From a virus: DNA of 64,000 nt. Each line of letters starts with the position of its first letter. Positions within the stretch are counted from its first letter, which is position 1. The stretch lies in the IMG/VR virus record IMGVR_UViG_3300033153_009397, positions 16,004 through 80,003 of that record; one strand, written 5' to 3'. The notes beneath the pieces were generated by a model. That model was not told the origin of the DNA. It ran no database searches and saw only the letters and a program-made list of their open reading frames with translations. Below are positions 10,304-18,945 of the stretch, piece by piece. The position numbers and the translations under genes are program-made.

Positions 10304-10424
10304 ATTTTTACAAAACGGTTGAGTGACCAAGTGACATATAAGGCTCCTCTCATTCGTCTGGAGCCTCTCCGAAACAAAAATCCCGTCCCTCAAAAACCTT
10401 AACAAAAAGAGATAAAGAGAGCGT

Positions 10425-11396
10425 TTAAACGTATTTACGCCACTCTGGTAATTGTTCATCCATCCATTGATACATTTCATTATCTGTATGATGGATGAAG
10501 TATGTTGAACTATTATTCAATAAATCACTAATTGCTATCTTCATCGCTCTTAACTGATTAGAACGTTCCTTCTCTGTTAGTTTATTTGACAGCTTATTCT
10601 TGCAAGTGTTATATTTCTTTGCTAATTGGTTTTTCCTCATTCCCGTTTGAGCTAGACCCCCTAACAATAGGGACATGGTAGCAATGGGTTCGGTTATACC
10701 ATCGAAGCGAATAGTTAAACCTAACTCTCTGCTCCTCTGAAACCACATAAGCAGAGCAGAAGCAGAAGCGTTATTTCTTGCCAATCTAGACAAGTCTAAT
10801 TGACCCAATTCAAGAACTAATAGATTAACAGACCTATTAATCAACAGTTCTGTTACATCAAATAGAAAGTCTGTTAGTTCATCAATCTTAAACTGTTTTA
10901 TTCTTGAGAATATCCCAAAGATGAAAGATTTGCCTATTTGACCCTTCTTAATTGACTTTTTAGCTACTTCAACGTCAGAGAATATAGCATATTGTAGTTT
11001 AGTCACTTTATCTTTAATATTCAACCCGTAAATCCCAAAACTGTTAAGGGTACGGGGTTTTGTAGCCTTATAGACCTTTGGCTTTGGTTTTCCCTTCATA
11101 ATCTTTACCTCTACCTCCTCAACTTCAGTTAGTGATAGGTAGATGTCATTTAGCTTCATATTTTTGTAATATTCTCCTTTTAAGGCTTGGTACGTTTCCC
11201 TCCAGAGCGTTTTAAACTCTGTTGCCTTTAACAATCTCTCTAATCTTCCCTTGCTTAAAGCTCTTTCTCCTTGAACGGTGAGGTCAAGGCTCTCAAACCT
11301 TACCCCTAGCTTATAGTTAGGGGCTATGAAGACTATAACTTGTTTTTCTTCGTCTTCTCCTATAACTCTTAAATCCTTGTTCAGCATTTCAAACAC
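10425..11396 (-). CDS. Protein with a degenerate serine-recombinase/resolvase-like C-terminal domain
   Basis: LLVLEL...LSRLARN...ELGLTIRF...LLLGGLAQ follows the resolvase DRLxR-to-helix-E pattern. No clear YxRxS nucleophile motif. Confidence 0.45.
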   Translation of the reverse strand: MFEMLNKDLRVIGEDEEKQVIVFIAPNYKLGVRFESLDLTVQGERALSKGRLERLLKATEFKTLWRETYQALKGEYYKNMKLNDIYLSLTEVEEVEVKIMKGKPKPKVYKATKPRTLNSFGIYGLNIKDKVTKLQYAIFSDVEVAKKSIKKGQIGKSFIFGIFSRIKQFKIDELTDFLFDVTELLINRSVNLLVLELGQLDLSRLARNNASASALLMWFQRSRELGLTIRFDGITEPIATMSLLLGGLAQTGMRKNQLAKKYNTCKNKLSNKLTEKERSNQLRAMKIAISDLLNNSSTYFIHHTDNEMYQWMDEQLPEWRKYV

Positions 11397-11437
11397 AACC
11401 TAATATATAAAAGTGTTAAAAGTATTTAAATGTGTCG

Positions 11438-11495
11438 TAAGGAAACAAGGAAACAAAATTCTATCATGATAGGGCTTTGTTTCCTTGTTTCCTTA
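11438..11495. repeat. AAGGAAAC-box inverted repeat, copy 1
   Basis: TAAGGAAACAAGGAAACAAA-att-CTATCATGATAG-ggc-TTTGTTTCCTTGTTTCCTTA: perfect 20-bp arms with a palindromic core. Confidence 0.9.
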
Positions 11496-11497
11496 TG

Positions 11498-11527
11498 CAT
11501 TACATATATATACATTACATATATATA
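11498..11527. repeat. 15-bp tandem repeat
   Basis: CATTACATATATATA x2. Confidence 0.85.
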
Positions 11528-11644
11528 CTCTTTAGAATGTAATTCAAGAAAAAAGAGTTTTTGTTTTTTTTTATTTAGTATAAGATGTAAGATGTAAATG
11601 GAGTTAGAAAATAAAGCCTTTGTTCAAAATCATCCTAAAAAAAA

Positions 11645-11965
11645 TTAAAACTCTCGCTCATAAACAGCGAGAGTTTTATTCGATAAATCATAGAAATATA
11701 GTTGCTCTTCATAGACATCATTTGTTTCGTCGTAGATTTTACGATAAATTAAGACTGAAGTCTCAAAATTCTTGAAACGAACAGTCTCTACTGTCGTAGG
11801 TATGCTTGAAGTAGATATAGTTTCTATTTCACAATTACCCGCTAACACAGTGTAGCGGTCTGTTCTGAAGTACAAACTTCCAACGCCATATTCGAGTGTG
11901 ATATCGAACTCGAATATATTATCCTCCTCATAAAGAAGAGCCCAAATTTTTTGTTTTTTGTTCAT
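11645..11965 (-). CDS. Hypothetical protein
   Basis: GAGGA RBS; in-operon. Confidence 0.65.
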   Translation of the reverse strand: MNKKQKIWALLYEEDNIFEFDITLEYGVGSLYFRTDRYTVLAGNCEIETISTSSIPTTVETVRFKNFETSVLIYRKIYDETNDVYEEQLYFYDLSNKTLAVYEREF

Positions 11966-11979
11966 TTTAATATCCTCTT

Positions 11980-12345
11980 TTATTTGTTCACGGGTTTTAC
12001 TCTATAATCTGGTAATTTATTTACGAAATGCTTAAAAGCATAGCTCTGAATGTTGTAAATCTCATCTAAACACTTTTGTGCTGAATGAAATGCTGAATGA
12101 AAGGGTATTCCATTCTTTTCAATGTACAGAATACCGTTTTCAATTCTAGCTCTGTACTCGTCGTAGTCTAAAAGACTAAAGAAAATATTAATTATATTCT
12201 GGTCTGTTCTAGACCAACCCTTACATGACATGACTTCACGTTTTGTGTGATTTAAAGTTAAGATTTCAGTACTAAAGTGTTGAATAGACACGATTGTGTC
12301 GTCGCCACATTCATAGATTGTAACTACAGCGTCAGTTTGTGCCAT
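11980..12345 (-). CDS. Hypothetical viral protein
   Basis: In-operon ORF with RBS; GWSRTD motif. Confidence 0.7.
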   Translation of the reverse strand: MAQTDAVVTIYECGDDTIVSIQHFSTEILTLNHTKREVMSCKGWSRTDQNIINIFFSLLDYDEYRARIENGILYIEKNGIPFHSAFHSAQKCLDEIYNIQSYAFKHFVNKLPDYRVKPVNK

Positions 12346-12610
12346 TTTTATACCTCTCCTTTATATAGTTCTTGTATTCTTCTTCTTGCTTCTCTTCATA
12401 TTCTTTCCATTCAACAGTTTTGTGTAGTAAGTCTATGAGTGATATAAATTCACTATGTCGTTCTCCTCTATCTGTTATTACTAAATAAACTCGTGATTGG
12501 GGTCTTTTAGCGATATCAAGATTAACATAGACGTCCCATCCTCTACGTCTCAAATAAGAGATATTTTCTCTTATTGATTGTCTCAAAATTTCAGTTTTAC
12601 TTTTTTTCAC
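12332..12610 (-). CDS. Hypothetical protein
   Basis: GGTGA RBS; first gene after the TATA at ~12662. Confidence 0.65.
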   Translation of the reverse strand: MKKSKTEILRQSIRENISYLRRRGWDVYVNLDIAKRPQSRVYLVITDRGERHSEFISLIDLLHKTVEWKEYEEKQEEEYKNYIKERYKNGTN

Positions 12611-12678
12611 TTATCTCACCTTTTATTACTTTTGTTATCTATTGACACTTTCTTGCAAAACTATTTAAATATAACGCA

Positions 12679-12735
12679 TAAGGAAACAAGGAAACAGTTT
12701 CCTTTCATAAAACCCCTTTGTTTCCTTGTTTCCTT
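12679..12735. repeat. AAGGAAAC-box inverted repeat, copy 2
   Basis: TAAGGAAACAAGGAAACA...TGTTTCCTTGTTTCCTT. Confidence 0.9.
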
Positions 12736-12778
12736 GCACTAAATCGATAAAAAAAGATTAAAAACTATAAGATGTTTT

Positions 12779-13126
12779 TCAGATGTCTTTGTAGGGGTGT
12801 CCTACTGCACTTTTACAGCTAGAACAAATAAGCTGTACTGTCAAAATACCGTCGCTATCACAATCTAGTGTTATCAAGTAGCTGTTACTGTCGTCTCTCT
12901 CGTCTTCCTCAATCTTACAATATTCACATTCACAAAAATGTCTTACTTCACTCTCAAACTCAATGTTGTACATCCCATGAGTTTCAGCGTTGTATTTAGC
13001 TCTTATCTTTCTTACTTCATCAGCTTGCTCTCTTGTTATTCTTTGAATATTGTAACAATTAGGACAAAAGACTGCATTGTAGAAAAGACTTACTTCCATT
13101 TTGCTACTGCACTTTTTACATCTCAT
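12779..13126 (-). CDS. Double Zn-ribbon protein
   Basis: Four CxxC pairs. Confidence 0.7.
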   Translation of the reverse strand: MRCKKCSSKMEVSLFYNAVFCPNCYNIQRITREQADEVRKIRAKYNAETHGMYNIEFESEVRHFCECEYCKIEEDERDDSNSYLITLDCDSDGILTVQLICSSCKSAVGHPYKDI

Positions 13127-13518
13127 TCTTGTATCACTCTCTTATAGCTATCAGAAACTAAAGCTCCGCATGTTTGGCATTCGTAAGCATCGAATGCAGT
13201 AGTGTAACAGTTATGTTTAACGGCAATAGCCATAATCCCATTTTTAGCGGGATACATTGGAACACCACAACGTAAGCACAATGGGGGACAATGTCTTGGT
13301 ATATTTGAAACCTTAATAGTTCTCAAGCTGTTCCATACTACTTTGTACATTGGAAATGTCCCTTTACTCTTATCTGGATACTTCTCTTCATCCATGTACT
13401 TATTAGTCTCTGTTATTATCTCTCTGAATATCTCATCGAATTTTCGGCTTCTCTCGTTACTATCTTCGATTTTTAACAATTTAATGTTTTCTTTACAGAA
13501 TATTCTTATTTCGTTCAT
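13123..13518 (-). CDS. Zn-ribbon protein
   Basis: CLRCG...CQTCG; GGAGG RBS. Confidence 0.7.
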   Translation of the reverse strand: MNEIRIFCKENIKLLKIEDSNERSRKFDEIFREIITETNKYMDEEKYPDKSKGTFPMYKVVWNSLRTIKVSNIPRHCPPLCLRCGVPMYPAKNGIMAIAVKHNCYTTAFDAYECQTCGALVSDSYKRVIQE

Positions 13519-13561
13519 TCTTATTCCTCCTTTAGTGTAGATGAAAAAAAAGGTTAAAAAG

Positions 13562-13768
13562 TTACTTTGTAACCGTGTTGATTACTTCTAATGTAACTTT
13601 TATCTCCGCTGGAACTTGTTTAAAAGCGTTCTTCCTAACGTATAGTCCTCCTACTACTGTAGGTTTCCCGCTTCTTATTTGTTCTTGATATCTGTAACAG
13701 TTTGTACTTTCTTTTTCTATCTTAATGAAAGTCAAAACTTGTTTTTCGGTCTTTGGTGTTGTGCTCAT
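13562..13768 (-). CDS. Small viral hypothetical protein
   Basis: First gene after the TATA at ~13801; RYQE...GLYVRK. Confidence 0.7.
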   Translation of the reverse strand: MSTTPKTEKQVLTFIKIEKESTNCYRYQEQIRSGKPTVVGGLYVRKNAFKQVPAEIKVTLEVINTVTK

Positions 13769-13819
13769 TTCTTTCCACCTAATTAATTAGCCTATTAATA
13801 TATATATAAATATATCTCG

Positions 13820-13877
13820 TAAGGAAACAAGGAAACTGTTTCCTTTCATGATTTCTTTTTGCGTCCTTGTTCCCTTA
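13820..13877. repeat. AAGGAAAC-box inverted repeat, copy 3 (right arm degenerate)
   Basis: TAAGGAAACAAGGAAAC...GCGTCCTTGTTCCCTTA. Confidence 0.8.
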
Positions 13878-13879
13878 AT

Positions 13880-14505
13880 TCCACCCCCTCTTCCTTATCT
13901 TGACCATAAGATGTTAAATATTAGGTAGAGCCTTTCTACTGCCCGACAAATTCTTTTTTTCTTGCGTCCTAAAGTCGAAAAATACCTTACGTCAGCCTTG
14001 TTTCACTTCAACTTAATGACAAGTGTGTATCAGTCAGCCTATTTTCTTTCTTTTGTACTACTTCCTACTTTTTTTCTTTAGATGTGTAAATTTACTAAAC
14101 ACCGATTTTCACAGACATGAGTTTAAAGGCTTGAGAACACTGACCGGTATATTCACAAGCGACGTAGTACAACTCTCTTGTAATACCATCTTAACATTTC
14201 TATCATCTTCAAACTTCATCCATAAGATGTAAGATAGTAAGACGATAAGCTTACAAGCGTTTCGCTATTCTTGTACTACTTCATCTTCAAAACCTTCGAT
14301 AACCCCACTATACTATATATATAGTGGCACTATCGAAAGCTTTGGAAACGACAAAAGGGGTTTGAGCCGGAGAGGAGACAGAATAAGAAATTAAAATCGA
14401 CAAAAGTCAAGAGAGGACAGAAAAACAGCGTTAGAAAGAAAAAAGGAAAAAGAAGAAAAGAGAACTAAAGATAAAGACACTTGAGGGATATCAAGAAACA
14501 GTTAT
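13880..14505. other. Large non-coding region with a central palindrome; candidate replication origin or genome terminus
   Basis: No credible ORF. TTCGATA/CCACTATA...TATAGTGG/TATCGAA palindrome at 14295-14337, with a pyrimidine-rich left flank and a purine-rich right flank. Confidence 0.4.
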
Positions 14506-14508
14506 CAT

Positions 14509-14808
14509 TTAACTGATACTGAAATAATCCTCTTCATCTTCGTCTTCATCAGAAAAGTCTATGTCAGCCCAATGCATACATGCTCTCAAGAGATGATTGT
14601 AATCGCCCATTTTAGCGTATTTGTAGAATTCTTTTTCTTGGGTAATGTAACCTTCTCTATACTCGGGGTACTGGTGCCTTTGCCTTTTAATGGCATTAGC
14701 AACAATGCCCATAAGATTAAAGGCATTGCTATTGACACCAGTAAAACTAACAGAGGGTTTATCGTACCATTCGGGTAGTTCTGGAAATTCGATTTGCTGT
14801 TCAGTCAT
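14509..14808 (-). CDS. Conserved phage hypothetical protein
   Basis: NAFNLMG...GDYNHLL motif, recalled from a common small phage family. Confidence 0.75.
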   Translation of the reverse strand: MTEQQIEFPELPEWYDKPSVSFTGVNSNAFNLMGIVANAIKRQRHQYPEYREGYITQEKEFYKYAKMGDYNHLLRACMHWADIDFSDEDEDEEDYFSIS

Positions 14809-14999
14809 TTTAAATCCTCCTTAATCTTCTTTTTGTAACTTTCGCAGTACATCCCATCTCTCGGTATATTTCTGATAGTGACTTTCTTTTTGGAGCAATA
14901 AAGCTCCATCTCGTCGAAATATTTGCAGTCTTCTTCATGGCAATACATTGTCCTTCTGAAAAAGTATATAGGTATTTTACGTTTCTCTCCTTTCTTCAT
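14805..14999 (-). CDS. Cys-rich small protein
   Basis: C-x4-CKY...C...C pattern, similar to 28099-28296. Confidence 0.6.
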   Translation of the reverse strand: MKKGEKRKIPIYFFRRTMYCHEEDCKYFDEMELYCSKKKVTIRNIPRDGMYCESYKKKIKEDLK

Positions 15000-15586
15000 T
15001 CGTAACGTACCTCCTTGTTTTTCTCTCGTTCTATGGCATAAAGGGAAGCCATGAATTCAACACCGTTGAAAGTGTGTCGAGAATTGCCAAGCATAACGAG
15101 TTTGTAGTTTTTAAGAGCATAAGAGAAGCCAATGAGTAGATTAGTAACAGCAAGACGCAATGAAACTTCATCATCATGTCTATAAAGCAGAACAAACTCG
15201 GGAACTATGGTAAAAGCATGTCTGGTATGAGCATGAGAAGTACGGTAACTATAATGTTCAGTATAGCGTCGAACTACCCTCTCTTGTAAAATAATTGCTG
15301 GTTCAAGTTCAAACATCTTACGTAAGCGTCGAATAACAAAACAAAGAGAAGGGGGCAAAAACTGGTCAATGACATGCCAATAATAGTAATCATCTGCATC
15401 TGTAATAGGCAAACTCTTCATGGCTTCAAGGTAAGGAATATCATACTCGGCATAAGAGCCATAGCCTTCTTTTTGGAGCTTATCAAAGGGTGTTCTAAAC
15501 TTTGTAGGTTGCCAATTTACTAAAATTCCCGTATATCTATGAGGATAGAAGGAAGGGAGAATGTAAGTATCACTTTTAGTCATCAA
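14996..15586 (-). CDS. Hypothetical protein
   Basis: ATGA overlaps. Confidence 0.7.
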   Translation of the reverse strand: MMTKSDTYILPSFYPHRYTGILVNWQPTKFRTPFDKLQKEGYGSYAEYDIPYLEAMKSLPITDADDYYYWHVIDQFLPPSLCFVIRRLRKMFELEPAIILQERVVRRYTEHYSYRTSHAHTRHAFTIVPEFVLLYRHDDEVSLRLAVTNLLIGFSYALKNYKLVMLGNSRHTFNGVEFMASLYAIEREKNKEVRYE

Positions 15587-15813
15587 TATCTACCTTCCTC
15601 CACCTTTATGCTAAAATCATATGTTGAATATTTTGAGTTTAGTAACAGAACAGCAAAGAAAAAGACGACAGCCGTTTCAAAGGAGCATTTGCCAAGTAAA
15701 TATAGGACTGGAATAAGGATAATTGCTACTAGAGTCGTTATACCTATAACAAAAGTGATGCAATTAATACGATATTGGAGAAGCTTTATTCTATACCAGT
15801 GTTCTTCAGTCAT
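15583..15813 (-). CDS. Two-TM membrane protein
   Basis: Two hydrophobic segments. Confidence 0.65.
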   Translation of the reverse strand: MTEEHWYRIKLLQYRINCITFVIGITTLVAIILIPVLYLLGKCSFETAVVFFFAVLLLNSKYSTYDFSIKVEEGRY

Positions 15814-16112
15814 TAGAGCTCTACCTCTACATGCTTACGAACTTCTTTAATGGCTTCGTCGTACTGTTTTCGTAATTCAACAAGACGGGTCTTAATCTCG
15901 TTTTTCTTTTCAGTCAGTGTATCAAATCTAGATGGATTAGAATTAATCCAAACAGATTGACCCTTATGCAAAGTTGCTTCTTGGTCGATATAGACGATTT
16001 CATCTATTTCTTTATCGACCCTTCCCAAGCTTGCTATAGCTTGGCTGATTTGCTCTTTAATATCTTGTAAGACCTTAAGAGCTTCTTCATATTCTTCATT
16101 TACTTTATTCAT
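15813..16112 (-). CDS. Coiled-coil protein
   Basis: Heptad-rich, in-operon. Confidence 0.65.
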   Translation of the reverse strand: MNKVNEEYEEALKVLQDIKEQISQAIASLGRVDKEIDEIVYIDQEATLHKGQSVWINSNPSRFDTLTEKKNEIKTRLVELRKQYDEAIKEVRKHVEVEL

Positions 16113-17122
16113 TTTTCTTTTCCTCCATTGATGAAGAGTTTATTTAGAGCGTTAAGGAAATCCCTTTCATTCTCATTGAGGAGTGAGCTTTTGATGTCTC
16201 CATAAGGATAATCTTTAAGCACCCTTGCAATTTTCTCTATTAGAAGGATTGCTTTATCCTTATGTTCAATAGGTACATAGTGACTTGATAGAATGCTGAA
16301 GAGATTACTAGTACGCATAATAACAATGAAATAAGGTATGCCTTCGGATTTTAGCCCTTTGGCTAACAAATCAGCGAAGTTTTTATTGAACTCTGCTGTA
16401 CTATCACCCCATAGATGACACATATATTGTATCTCTGCTACCAGCTTTGTATTTTCAACTTCATAGTTTCCTCTCAAGGCATCAGTTTTAATGTAGGATA
16501 CATGTTTGCAGATATCAAGTATCCAGTCTTGATATATTCCAATTGCTGGTTGCCAAAAAAGATTATCTTGAGGGTCTCTTTCTTCTCCTACAATCTCAAC
16601 GTTTCGATAAGCAATATCCCATAGTATAGGGTCATCATAGATAACTTTTAATTTCAGATTGTTGTGATAACCTAAAATCTGAACTGGACACTCATTCAAC
16701 CTTTCGTAACAACCATAGCACAATCTTCCTTCTTTGCCTTCTATATGTGAGAATTCACATCCATCAACGTATTGTGCTTCTTGTGCATAGTCGTCGAAAT
16801 CTTGGGTTTCTCCGTTTTCATCATCATATTCTATTATAGCATTACAGCTAACACAACGATTAAGCCTTTCTTCTTCTATCAGAGTGATTTTAAAGATAGT
16901 GTCTTGGTCATGTTCAATATCGTAAGAAAGGAGCTCTAATGTCATAATTCCCAAGTCATGGATGTTTGAAACTGGTACTGGTATAAGTTCATAGTAATCT
17001 AAATGATATTGCTTTATTAGGGTATCTAATGAGATATGACCTTGAGTTTCAAAGAAACTCTTTTTTAGGTCATCATACATCTCATTTATACGCCAGTTTA
17101 AAGTTATCATCCTTATTCCCAT
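16109..17122 (-). CDS. Hypothetical protein with CxxC motifs
   Basis: 337 aa; CVSC and CYGC. Confidence 0.75.
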   Translation of the reverse strand: MGIRMITLNWRINEMYDDLKKSFFETQGHISLDTLIKQYHLDYYELIPVPVSNIHDLGIMTLELLSYDIEHDQDTIFKITLIEEERLNRCVSCNAIIEYDDENGETQDFDDYAQEAQYVDGCEFSHIEGKEGRLCYGCYERLNECPVQILGYHNNLKLKVIYDDPILWDIAYRNVEIVGEERDPQDNLFWQPAIGIYQDWILDICKHVSYIKTDALRGNYEVENTKLVAEIQYMCHLWGDSTAEFNKNFADLLAKGLKSEGIPYFIVIMRTSNLFSILSSHYVPIEHKDKAILLIEKIARVLKDYPYGDIKSSLLNENERDFLNALNKLFINGGKEK

Positions 17123-17559
17123 CCAAAACTTATGTCAAGAGCGTGTAGCCCTATCATTATCTTGCCTTCATGTGTATCATAGCCAAAGAACTCTCTACAC
17201 CAAAACTTTCTTGTTTTTCTATCTTTGAATAAATAGCGTATGAATTCTCTTTGTTCGAATTTATGTCCAATGATGGATATGAAAGTTTCTTCATCTAGAA
17301 GGTCAGAAATAGTAAGGTCAAGACGGTTAATTAAATCACTTGAATAAGTACGATAATAATTCTTTCTACTCTCACTTCCACAATTAAACCCGTAAGTAGC
17401 TAGGCAGAAGCTAGCCAATGGTATGTTTTTAACATGGAATTCTTTAGGGAGCTTCTGAATGAATTGCTTATATGCTTGGGTCTGTTTTAGTTTCTTTATT
17501 TTGGTTCTATTGACTTTGTAAGTTTCAAGCTTCTGAATAATTTTTCTGATTTTACTCAT
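17113..17559 (-). CDS. Hypothetical protein
   Basis: AGGAGG RBS. Confidence 0.7.
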   Translation of the reverse strand: MSKIRKIIQKLETYKVNRTKIKKLKQTQAYKQFIQKLPKEFHVKNIPLASFCLATYGFNCGSESRKNYYRTYSSDLINRLDLTISDLLDEETFISIIGHKFEQREFIRYLFKDRKTRKFWCREFFGYDTHEGKIMIGLHALDISFGWE

Positions 17560-18098
17560 TTGTTATTCCTCCTTTTGGGATTTCCCCATAATAATCTAGC
17601 AATAATTTCTGCTATTCCTCTTGTTGTCTCGATTTTTCCAGTATGCTTTATGACATGGTATCCATTACATTCTCTGCATTGTGTCTTGGGTATCCATTCA
17701 TTGGTTAAATAGACTGTATCAGCATCTACTATCTTGTCACAATCCCAACAGTAATGAGATTGAGGTAGTAATTTAAATCGGTGTTTAACTTCCATAATCA
17801 TTGCACTTTCTCTTTTTTCTCCTTTGTTCTTCTCCTCCTTTGTTCTTCTATCTCTTAATTTTTCCCATAGTGTGCGATGGTTGATATTGAAGAACTGTCC
17901 AAAGACTTGAACGTTTAGGAGCCATATTAGCTCTTGTACTTCGATTGTGTCTTTAATATCAGTGAGATTGTTAGTCTCATGTTTTTCTAGAACTTCAGTT
18001 AGCCTATTTAGAATTGCTCTACTATTGACTGGTAAAGCGTTTGAGTAGATAGTTTGTTCAATTTTCATCTTTCTATCACTTCCCATCCGAGAACCCAA
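17556..18098 (-). CDS. Hypothetical protein with a Zn ribbon
   Basis: CWDC...CREC; true start probably ATG 18068. Confidence 0.7.
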   Translation of the reverse strand: MGSRMGSDRKMKIEQTIYSNALPVNSRAILNRLTEVLEKHETNNLTDIKDTIEVQELIWLLNVQVFGQFFNINHRTLWEKLRDRRTKEEKNKGEKRESAMIMEVKHRFKLLPQSHYCWDCDKIVDADTVYLTNEWIPKTQCRECNGYHVIKHTGKIETTRGIAEIIARLLWGNPKRRNNK

Positions 18099-18382
18099 GC
18101 AATGACATAAGCAGTCATTCTGTATTGTATTCCTCCTAGGAGGAGGTAAAATTGTAAGAAACGTCCTCCTCCTTCGACTCTGCTGATTTGTTCATTTGCA
18201 CACTCTTGTAATTCTTGGTACTCATTGACCAATTGCTCTAGTTGTTCATGAGATTGAATTACAATAGGATTGCCTACATTGGTAAAAACGCTTTCTGAGC
18301 TGATAACGCTATAAGGTCGGTCTGGTACATCTTCTTCAAAGGTTCTTTGGCTTCTTTCTTTCCATTGTGCTATAAGTGTCAT
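18065..18382 (-). CDS. Hypothetical protein
   Basis: ATGA overlaps. Confidence 0.65.
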   Translation of the reverse strand: MTLIAQWKERSQRTFEEDVPDRPYSVISSESVFTNVGNPIVIQSHEQLEQLVNEYQELQECANEQISRVEGGGRFLQFYLLLGGIQYRMTAYVIAWVLGWEVIER

Positions 18383-18693
18383 TTTAAAGTCTCCTCAAAG
18401 ATATTTTTGCCATATTTGTATTCTAATGAGTTTTTGTGCAAAGGTAACGGGTCTAGCTTTTCGAGAATGGGTTTGACTTCCTCACGGCTGAATGGAACTA
18501 CAATTTCTTGTGCATGTAGTTCTTTTTCATGGTTATAATTAGGTTCAGAAGCCCAATCGGCATAGATGAGCCATCCTAAACAATTAGACCAGCATAAAAC
18601 TGAATAATCTCCAGAAGGGAATTTCTCTGTTCTAACTCCGTAACGAGTACGGGTGGCTATTATGGAATTTATTGACTGAACTATGTCTGCCAA
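18379..18693 (-). CDS. Hypothetical protein
   Basis: TTG start with AGGAGG RBS. Confidence 0.65.
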   Translation of the reverse strand: MADIVQSINSIIATRTRYGVRTEKFPSGDYSVLCWSNCLGWLIYADWASEPNYNHEKELHAQEIVVPFSREEVKPILEKLDPLPLHKNSLEYKYGKNIFEETLK

Positions 18694-18779
18694 TAGTATT
18701 CCTCCTTTTTATTTGTGATTGTTTTTTTGGTCATTTTCAATCAGCCACAATTCTCAAAGGGTTTTTTAAAGATTTAGTG

Positions 18780-18814
18780 TAAGGAAACAAGGACACAAGG
18801 AAACAAGGACACAA
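18780..18814. repeat. AAGGA(A/C)AC x4 tandem box, copy 4
   Basis: TAAGGAAAC AAGGACAC AAGGAAAC AAGGACAC, between a minus-strand TTTAAAAA and a plus-strand TTTAAATA. Confidence 0.9.
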
Positions 18815-18845
18815 AATTTAAATACTTTTGTTGTCTCTAAATATT

Positions 18846-18910
18846 GGGAGCATCTCACGCTTTCATACACAACCTAAAATTCCATTTTAGAGGTGCTCTC
18901 TCTTCTTTTT
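18846..18910 (+). ncRNA. Candidate trans-antisense small RNA
   Basis: Starts 29 nt after TTTAAATA (18817). Terminal stem GGGAGCATCT/AGGTGCTCTC, then a U-tract. The interior matches 11387-11403 at 16/17. Confidence 0.6.
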
Positions 18911-18945
18911 ATATAAATAAGATGTTAGATATTTGATGGTAACGT

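Noticed and set aside
14023-14232. 69-aa ORF in the large intergenic gap
   Set aside because: Low-complexity translation of T-tracts, opposite to the local gene direction.
11438-18814. AAGGAAAC repeats as a CRISPR or mini-CRISPR array
   Set aside because: Copies are kilobases apart, built from 8-mers, and lack regular 30-40 nt spacers.
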